A stretch of 64,000 nucleotides of DNA from the IMG/VR virus record IMGVR_UViG_3300025392_000002; one strand, written 5' to 3'. Below the pieces are notes generated by a model that made no database searches, was not told where the DNA came from, and was given only the letters and a program-made list of their open reading frames with translations. Below, piece after piece: positions 57,990 through 64,000 of this stretch. The position numbers and the translations under genes are program-made. Each line of letters starts with the position of its first letter. Position 1 is the stretch's first letter. The DNA comes from a virus. Lineage: Duplodnaviria > Caudoviricetes.

Positions 57990-59438
57990 ATGAGTGAATA
58001 TAATAAAGATAAAGATAACAAAGCAAGACAGAACGTAGACTATGGCTACGATATCCAGCGTGTATATTTAGAAATGATGTTGGCAGATGCTGGCACATTT
58101 GTACGATGTCAAAGCATTTTTGATAGTACATTATTTGATAGAAAACTGCAAGATGCGGCGGCATATTTGACTAATTTTGTCACAGAGAACAATGCATTGC
58201 CTACTCCTGAAATCTTAAATGCGGCAACTGGTGCAAACTTAAAGCCAGCAGAGAATCTACGTGATGAACATTTTGAATGGCTAATGAATGACTTTGAAAC
58301 ATTTACTAGACACAAAGGACTAGAGCGAGCAATCCTTGAAAGTGCCGACTTATTGGAAAAAGGCGAGTATGGTCCGGTAGAAGAAAAGATTAAAAAAGCA
58401 GTTCAAGTAGGCTTGCAACGTGACATGGGTACAGATTATTTTGAAGACCCGAGGGCACGTCTCATGCGTATTAAAGATAAGAACGGGCAAATTTCAACAG
58501 GATGGAAAAGCATCGACGATAAACTTTACGGTGGTTTCAATCGTGGCGAGCTTAACATATGGGCTGGTGGGTCTGGTGCTGGAAAATCTTTGTTTCTTGC
58601 TAATCTTGGGGTCAATTATGCTACTGCTGGACTCAATGTACTATATCTAACATTAGAACTTAGTGAAGAACTAGTGAGTATGCGTGTGGATAGTATGCTC
58701 ACAGGAATCCCTGCAAGAGAGATTTTTAAGAGCATCGATGATGTGGAAATGAAAGTTAAAATGATTGGTAAGAAATCTGGTCAATTCCAGGTCAAGTACA
58801 TGCCAAGTGGTAAGACAGCAAATGATGTTCGTGCTTACATGAAAGAGTATGAAATCAAAATGGGTCGTAAGATTGATGTATTGCTACTGGATTATATGGA
58901 CTTGATTATGCCAGTGAGCAAGCGTATTAGTGCTGAAAACTTGTTTGTTAAGGACAAGTATGTATCGGAAGAATTGCGTAATTTGGCGGTAGAAAAGAAC
59001 TGTGTGTTTGTTACTGCGGCACAGTTGAATCGTGGAGCAGTTGAAGAAGTTGAGTTTGACCACAGTCATATTTCAGGCGGATTAAGTAAGATTCAGACAG
59101 CTGATAATGTGTTTGGTATCTTCACTAGTCGTGCTATGCGTGAGCGTGGACGCTATCAAATCCAGCTAATGAAGACACGTTCTAGCAGTGGTGTTGGTAT
59201 GAAGATTGATTTGGAATTTAATATTGATACACTACGCATCAGCGACTTGGATGAACAAGATGGTTACGGAAGCGGAAGTCCAAGTGCAGGGTCTACATTG
59301 TTGAATAGTATCAAACAACGACAAACTGTAGCAGAAAATCCTGCCGATGGAGCATCGTTACCTAAGGTCAGGGCTCAAGTTGAAAGTACAAAACTTAGAG
59401 AATTATTAAACAATTTACCTGGAGATGACCTGGTGTAA
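57990..59438 (+). CDS. Replicative DNA helicase (T4 gp41/DnaB-like)
   Basis: GGSGAGKS, LTLEL, LLDYMD, TAAQLNR, TAD, MKTR; TATAAT lies 5 nt before the ATG. Confidence 0.93.
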   Translation: MSEYNKDKDNKARQNVDYGYDIQRVYLEMMLADAGTFVRCQSIFDSTLFDRKLQDAAAYLTNFVTENNALPTPEILNAATGANLKPAENLRDEHFEWLMNDFETFTRHKGLERAILESADLLEKGEYGPVEEKIKKAVQVGLQRDMGTDYFEDPRARLMRIKDKNGQISTGWKSIDDKLYGGFNRGELNIWAGGSGAGKSLFLANLGVNYATAGLNVLYLTLELSEELVSMRVDSMLTGIPAREIFKSIDDVEMKVKMIGKKSGQFQVKYMPSGKTANDVRAYMKEYEIKMGRKIDVLLLDYMDLIMPVSKRISAENLFVKDKYVSEELRNLAVEKNCVFVTAAQLNRGAVEEVEFDHSHISGGLSKIQTADNVFGIFTSRAMRERGRYQIQLMKTRSSSGVGMKIDLEFNIDTLRISDLDEQDGYGSGSPSAGSTLLNSIKQRQTVAENPADGASLPKVRAQVESTKLRELLNNLPGDDLV

Positions 59439-59443
59439 TCTAG

Positions 59444-59477
59444 TTGCAATATGATTTATAAGGTATTATAATAAATA
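59444..59477 (+). promoter_or_regulatory. Overlapping sigma70 and late promoters
   Basis: TTGCAA-17 nt-TATAAT (59467-59472) overlapping TAAATA (59472-59477). Confidence 0.65.
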
Positions 59478-59502
59478 CGTATATAACACCGGATAGCGAA
59501 TC

Positions 59503-59946
59503 ATGGAACTACACCACATCAGAGATATTACCGATCCATTAGTAAGGATCATAAAAGACGATCCTGTACGACCACACATTCCACTTGAACAACGCATCAA
59601 TGATGCCGCTGAAATACTAATCCTAAAAGCAGGAGAGGAAGTTTTAGCGGCAACTTGTATGCAATGGTCGAGCTCTGTTCCAGAAAACGAAACAGACCTA
59701 ATTGAAATGGGTAAAGACAAACGAGTAGCAGTTTTTTATACTATCTGGAGTTACAAGCCAGGCGCCGGTGCAAGTTTGTTAAAACAAGCGGCGGAGTGGC
59801 TAAAACAAGAATACACAGATATTACAGGTATAGTTACATTGAGCCCACAAACAGAAATGGCCCGTAGATTTCATCTAAAAAACGGCGCTAAAGTACGCAA
59901 AGAGAACGCTACTAGCGTAAATTACGAGTACTACTTCAAAGAGTAA
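59503..59946 (+). CDS. GNAT-fold protein with malonyl-CoA-decarboxylase-like motifs
   Basis: AVFYTIWS..PGAG..LL, IVTLSP, RFHLKNGA. Confidence 0.65.
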   Translation: MELHHIRDITDPLVRIIKDDPVRPHIPLEQRINDAAEILILKAGEEVLAATCMQWSSSVPENETDLIEMGKDKRVAVFYTIWSYKPGAGASLLKQAAEWLKQEYTDITGIVTLSPQTEMARRFHLKNGAKVRKENATSVNYEYYFKE

Positions 59947-59983
59947 AAACGGTTAAATACTAGTTATAAAGGACTGGTATTCC

Positions 59984-60481
59984 ATGAGTAAATCCGTACA
60001 TAGCGTAAAATTACAAGCATACGATAGCGTTGACTTAGATAGGTTAAGTTATAGCAATGGCGATCTAGTATATGATTTAACCAATAGTACAATTAGGTTA
60101 ATGGACGGAACTAGCCAAGGCGGTAAGAAACTAGCCACGCAACTATGGACTACTTCTCAACTAGCTAGTTATGTTACAAACTCTAGCCTAACAACTACAT
60201 TAAATTCCTATGTAACTACTACTAGTTTGACAACAGCATTAAATGGGTACGCAACTAGCGCCAGTTTGACAACGGCATTAGCTTCGACTGTAACTACCGA
60301 TAGTCTAACAACAACTCTAGCAAATTATGCGACTACAGCATCAGATGCATTGAAGGCGCCGCTAGCAAGTCCAACATTTACTGGAACTGTTACGGCTGCT
60401 ACTATCTCTGCAACAAAAATACTAGTAGGCGGTACAGATATAAAAGCTCTGGCGTTAGCCATGGGCGTGGCCTTGGGCTAA
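59984..60481 (+). CDS. Virion fibre-like protein with 12-aa repeats
   Basis: GDLVYD.T..TIR.MDG...GG head; (Y.T..SLTT.L)n repeats; KAPLASPTFTG; C-terminal KALALAMGVALG; TAAATA at 59954. Confidence 0.65.
   Translation: MSKSVHSVKLQAYDSVDLDRLSYSNGDLVYDLTNSTIRLMDGTSQGGKKLATQLWTTSQLASYVTNSSLTTTLNSYVTTTSLTTALNGYATSASLTTALASTVTTDSLTTTLANYATTASDALKAPLASPTFTGTVTAATISATKILVGGTDIKALALAMGVALG
60160..60335 (+). repeat. Imperfect 36-bp (12-aa) coding tandem repeat, about 5 units
   Basis: LASYVTNSSLTTT LNSYVTTTSLTTA LNGYATSASLTTA LASTVTTDSLTTT LANYATT. Confidence 0.7.
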
Positions 60482-60510
60482 CACGATAAATATGTAATCA
60501 AGGGGCGAAC

Positions 60511-60729
60511 ATGTCAGTAACAATCAAACTACGTAGAGACACAGCGGCAAAATGGGCTAGCGTTAATCCTATTTTATCTGCCGGTGAGCCGGGATTTGAA
60601 ACTGATACACTTAAAGTGAAATACGGCGATGGAGTTAATACATGGAATAGTTTATCATATGCCAGTTCTCCTAGTGTTACAAACAATATCAAAGCTCTTG
60701 CTATTGCAATGAGTGTAGCAGTAAGTTAA
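60511..60729 (+). CDS. Minimal Mtd-N/hyaluronidase-N-like fibre-anchor protein (72 aa)
   Basis: IKLRRDTAAKWASVNPILSAGEPGFETDTLKVKYGDGVNTWNSL, then KALAIAMSVAVS; TAAATA at 60487. Confidence 0.7.
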   Translation: MSVTIKLRRDTAAKWASVNPILSAGEPGFETDTLKVKYGDGVNTWNSLSYASSPSVTNNIKALAIAMSVAVS

Positions 60730-60747
60730 GGGTACTAAGAATATAAT

Positions 60748-61503
60748 ATGTCAGCACAAATTAAATTAAGACGAGATACAGCCGCTAATTGGACAAGTGT
60801 AAATCCAATATTAGCTACAGGCGAACCTGGTTTAGAAACTGACACGCTTAAATTAAAATACGGAGACGGTGTAAATCGTTGGAACGCTCTCAGCTATCCT
60901 ACTGTACTACTTCCTACAACAATACCAAATGCTACAACAGCTACAAACGTAGCTAGCGGAACTAGTAATCAATTATTAGTACAAATTGCGCCGGGAACCA
61001 CTGGATTTATAACAGCGCCAACTATTCCAGGTTTCTTACAATGGACTGGTAGTAGCTTTACGTGGTCTAGTACTAGTACAGTTGCCGCGGCGCAAACTCT
61101 AACTGGATCTATTTTAGCACCCAATGTTACAACAGCCGCGGGATTAATTACAATAGGAACTACTAGTGTATTAACTACAATGCCTGGTAATTTAGCTGTT
61201 ACCGGCACTACTGGGTTAACTGGAAATGTTACTATCACTGGAACCAGCACACTTAACAATTCTTTAACAGTATCCACTGGTGGTATCGGAGTAACTGCTG
61301 GCGGATTAACTGTAACTGCTGGCGGTGCAACTATAACTGCTGGTGGAATTACTGTAACTGCTGGTGGAATTACCGTTACTGGAACTTCATCGATTACAGG
61401 AAATACTACAATCACTGGTACAGCAAACGTGGTAGGATCTTTAAAGATTAAAGGTGTTGATTTTAAAGGTTTTGCCATAGCACTAGCAACGGCTATGGCC
61501 TAA
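60748..61503 (+). CDS. Mtd-N-like domain fibre protein
   Basis: Same N-terminal domain; 7-aa GGxxVTA repeats; C-terminal KGFAIALATAMA. Confidence 0.7.
   Translation: MSAQIKLRRDTAANWTSVNPILATGEPGLETDTLKLKYGDGVNRWNALSYPTVLLPTTIPNATTATNVASGTSNQLLVQIAPGTTGFITAPTIPGFLQWTGSSFTWSSTSTVAAAQTLTGSILAPNVTTAAGLITIGTTSVLTTMPGNLAVTGTTGLTGNVTITGTSTLNNSLTVSTGGIGVTAGGLTVTAGGATITAGGITVTAGGITVTGTSSITGNTTITGTANVVGSLKIKGVDFKGFAIALATAMA
61279..61383 (+). repeat. 21-bp (7-aa) coding tandem repeat, 5 units
   Basis: GGIGVTA GGLTVTA GGATITA GGITVTA GGITVTG. Confidence 0.75.
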
Positions 61504-61532
61504 CAGATAAATAAAAGATAATGGAGATTTAA

Positions 61533-64000
61533 ATGGCAAAGAGTCAAATTAGACAGTACGTCTTTACACCAGGAACAGCTGGTAATGGTACAATTAAAAT
61601 ACAAGGCAAGTACGATCTTAGCCAAATTTTGCTGATTACCAACTCAACAAAAAACGTAATTCTTTACAATTTTGCAGACACAACTTATACTGGAACTACA
61701 GTGTCTTTTAGTCGTGCAAACGATTTAGTAAACTATTTTAGCTCATTAGATGCATCGGATGGTATTACAACTATTAACCTAGCTGTTGATACATCGACAG
61801 GTGGCACAGGTATGCAGTCTACTGATAGCATACAGATTCTATATGAGCGTCCAGAACAAATGGTTCGTATGCCAGAAGCTGGAACAGATGCTTGGGAACG
61901 TACAAGAACATCAAATCCACAGTCAATGTTAGACGCTGACTTTGAATACGGACTACAACCAACTAAGTGGTTAACATACGATTTAGTGCGCGGATATCCT
62001 AGCGTTTATGAAGTTCCGGGAACAGATCAAGCTGTATTAACTGTTACAACCGATGCTTCAATGGGTACCGGTGGAACAGGTGAAAGTTTAATTACAGTAG
62101 TTAACTCAACAGTATTTCCAACAAGTTGGGCCGCTGGAACTCCAATTACAGTTAAAGGTTATTTGAACACTATCACAGGATTTGCTCGTGCTGAAGGTTC
62201 ATTTTTAATCAACACCATTAGTGGTAATACACTAACATACTATGCAAAAGCTAAAGTTGGTGTGAATAACGGTGATGTACTATCAACAGTTTATACACAG
62301 TTACGTCAAGCCGCATTTTATACAGGTGCAAGTGTAGGCACTCCAACTTACACTTATGCTAATCCTAGCGTTGTTGGAACTACAACATCAGGAAGTATTT
62401 CTAGTGCTTCAACAACTGTAACTGGTTATATCAGTGGAACATCGTTGACAACTAGCGCAGGTAGTCCAGCAATTGGACAAGTATTATCTGGTAACGGTAT
62501 TTTAGCTGGAACATACATTGTTTCTGGAAGTGGAACAGCATGGACACTTAGTTCTACACAGACTTTAGGGTCTAGTGGTAATCAACTAGTGTTTACAGCT
62601 ACAACAAATACATTTACAGCTACAGGCACAAGTAGTGGTTTTGCAGTGGGTCAAGTACTTAGCGGAACAAACGTAACAACTGGTACAACAATTATTGTTA
62701 GCGGATCGAGTGCCGCTCCAGGTGTATTTTCAGGCACAGGTGGTAATGGTACATACGCTGTTACTCTTGCTAGTACAGTTAGCGGTATTACAATTAACGG
62801 AACAACTAGTAATGCAGTTATTACTGTAACATTTGCAACTAATCATGGATTTATTCCTGGCGATACAATTATCAGCCAGGTTACATCTGACGTTTCTAAC
62901 ATAGCCAATCACAGCGTTGCACAGGGCCCGTTCTTTATTGAAACTGTTGCTAGCTTGACAACAGTAACTTTTACAGCTCGTGCTAGCGGTATTATTACAG
63001 GAACTATAACAGGTGCAATTTATGCTCGCCCAGATGCGTTCTATCAACATAGACCATTCGACGGCGGAGTTATGTTAGGTACTGGCGGTCCAGCACATGG
63101 TTCAATGGCAGTACGTATGAGTAAGAAATACATTCGTTACCAGTCTGGTAAGAGTATTAACTATAACACAGGTGCGCTATTTGCTCCTAACTATGATATT
63201 CGTGCGATTAGTGCCAGCGGCACTACTGTTGGTTCTACTATTACTATTACTACAGATGATACAGACCATGGATTACAACCAGGTGCTCAGATCAATATTA
63301 TCGGCGTTACAACTAGCGGTTATAACAGTGCATACACTGTTGCTACTATTGTAGATGAACGCTCATTTACTGTACTAGCAGTTAACGTATTAGGTTCTAC
63401 TACAGGCCTTATTAATAGTCCTTGTACAGTACAGGTAACTGGCTGGTGGGGATCAACAGTACGTGCAGGAACATTTGACGAGCAGAACGGTATGTTCTGG
63501 CAATGGGATGGTCAGCAAATGGCAATTGGACGTCGTAGTTCAACATTCCAAGTTGCTGGAAGTGTTTCAGTAACACCAGACTCAAATAGTGTTACAGGTT
63601 TAAATAGTCGCTTTACAGCACAGCTAGCCGCTGGAGATCGTGTAGTTATCAAGGGTATGACACACATTGTAACAAACGTAGCTAGCGATACACAAATTTA
63701 TGTAACACCAGACTATCGTGGTTCAGTGGCCGCATCGGGTGTTAAAATGGTTAAAACTATTGACCGCTTGATGCCACAGAGTCAATGGAACATGGATCGT
63801 CTAGATGGTTCATCAAGCCCATTTAACCCAAGTGGTTATAACATTTTACCTTACAAGATGCAGATGATTGGCCTACAATGGACATGGTACGGTGCTGGTT
63901 TTATTGACTGGATGATCCGCGGTCCAGAAGGCAAGTATATTACTGTACACCGTCTACGTAACAACAACATAAACACCGAAGCTTATATGCGTTCTGGTAA
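61533..64000 (+). CDS. Large virion structural protein, 3'-truncated (absent from the ORF track)
   Basis: TAAATA at 61508 and GGAGA RBS; MAKSQIRQYVFTPG...SNPQSMLDADFEYGLQPTKW...KKYIRYQSGK...WYGAG...EAYMRSG; the frame is open to the window end. Confidence 0.8.
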   Translation, partial: MAKSQIRQYVFTPGTAGNGTIKIQGKYDLSQILLITNSTKNVILYNFADTTYTGTTVSFSRANDLVNYFSSLDASDGITTINLAVDTSTGGTGMQSTDSIQILYERPEQMVRMPEAGTDAWERTRTSNPQSMLDADFEYGLQPTKWLTYDLVRGYPSVYEVPGTDQAVLTVTTDASMGTGGTGESLITVVNSTVFPTSWAAGTPITVKGYLNTITGFARAEGSFLINTISGNTLTYYAKAKVGVNNGDVLSTVYTQLRQAAFYTGASVGTPTYTYANPSVVGTTTSGSISSASTTVTGYISGTSLTTSAGSPAIGQVLSGNGILAGTYIVSGSGTAWTLSSTQTLGSSGNQLVFTATTNTFTATGTSSGFAVGQVLSGTNVTTGTTIIVSGSSAAPGVFSGTGGNGTYAVTLASTVSGITINGTTSNAVITVTFATNHGFIPGDTIISQVTSDVSNIANHSVAQGPFFIETVASLTTVTFTARASGIITGTITGAIYARPDAFYQHRPFDGGVMLGTGGPAHGSMAVRMSKKYIRYQSGKSINYNTGALFAPNYDIRAISASGTTVGSTITITTDDTDHGLQPGAQINIIGVTTSGYNSAYTVATIVDERSFTVLAVNVLGSTTGLINSPCTVQVTGWWGSTVRAGTFDEQNGMFWQWDGQQMAIGRRSSTFQVAGSVSVTPDSNSVTGLNSRFTAQLAAGDRVVIKGMTHIVTNVASDTQIYVTPDYRGSVAASGVKMVKTIDRLMPQSQWNMDRLDGSSSPFNPSGYNILPYKMQMIGLQWTWYGAGFIDWMIRGPEGKYITVHRLRNNNINTEAYMRSG

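Noticed and set aside
60511-61503. Diversity-generating retroelement suggested by the Mtd-N-like domains
   Set aside because: No reverse transcriptase or adenine-specific template/variable repeat pair was seen; the domain is only the N-terminal anchor.
1-64000. Alternative genetic code (stop-codon reassignment) as in some large phages
   Set aside because: Core genes are full length and densely packed in the standard code.
1-64000. tRNA genes, CRISPR array, introns or active inteins
   Set aside because: Intergenic gaps are short and explained by promoters and terminators; terL, the helicases, uvsX and primase are uninterrupted; the tandem repeats are coding.

Overview
A 64-kb AT-rich piece of a large T4-related myophage genome, read in the standard genetic code. 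I found no tRNA, rRNA, CRISPR array, integrase or transposase. All family calls come from motifs recognised by eye; no searches were run. Layout: (1) 1-13355, a tail-fibre/virion module with a giant Thr/Ser/Gly-rich protein (5'-truncated, >3000 aa), three Gly/His-rich paralogues and a chaperone-like gene. (2) 13448-26123, two convergent arms that each carry a flavin-dependent (tryptophan-halogenase family) halogenase and together hold 13 2OG-Fe(II)/cupin oxygenase-like genes; the minus arm is translationally coupled to the neck genes. (3) 26120-45274, morphogenesis: NUDIX, gp15/14/13-like neck genes, dNMP kinase, sheath, tube, gp4, terminases and probable internal head proteins. (4) 45417-59946, recombination/replication: gp32, UvsX, UvsY, UvsW, gp62-like, a 189-aa miniature DnaE-like core, primase, carbamoyltransferase, gp41 helicase and a miniature malonyl-CoA-decarboxylase-like GNAT. 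(5) 59984-64000, further virion proteins, the last 3'-truncated. Two promoter classes are visible: sigma70-type and a late TAA(A/G)TA box, and many appear to give leaderless mRNAs. The best candidates for an undescribed system are the apparently late-expressed halogenase/oxygenase locus beside Gly/His-rich fibre proteins (possible virion tailoring) and the minimal C-family polymerase core.
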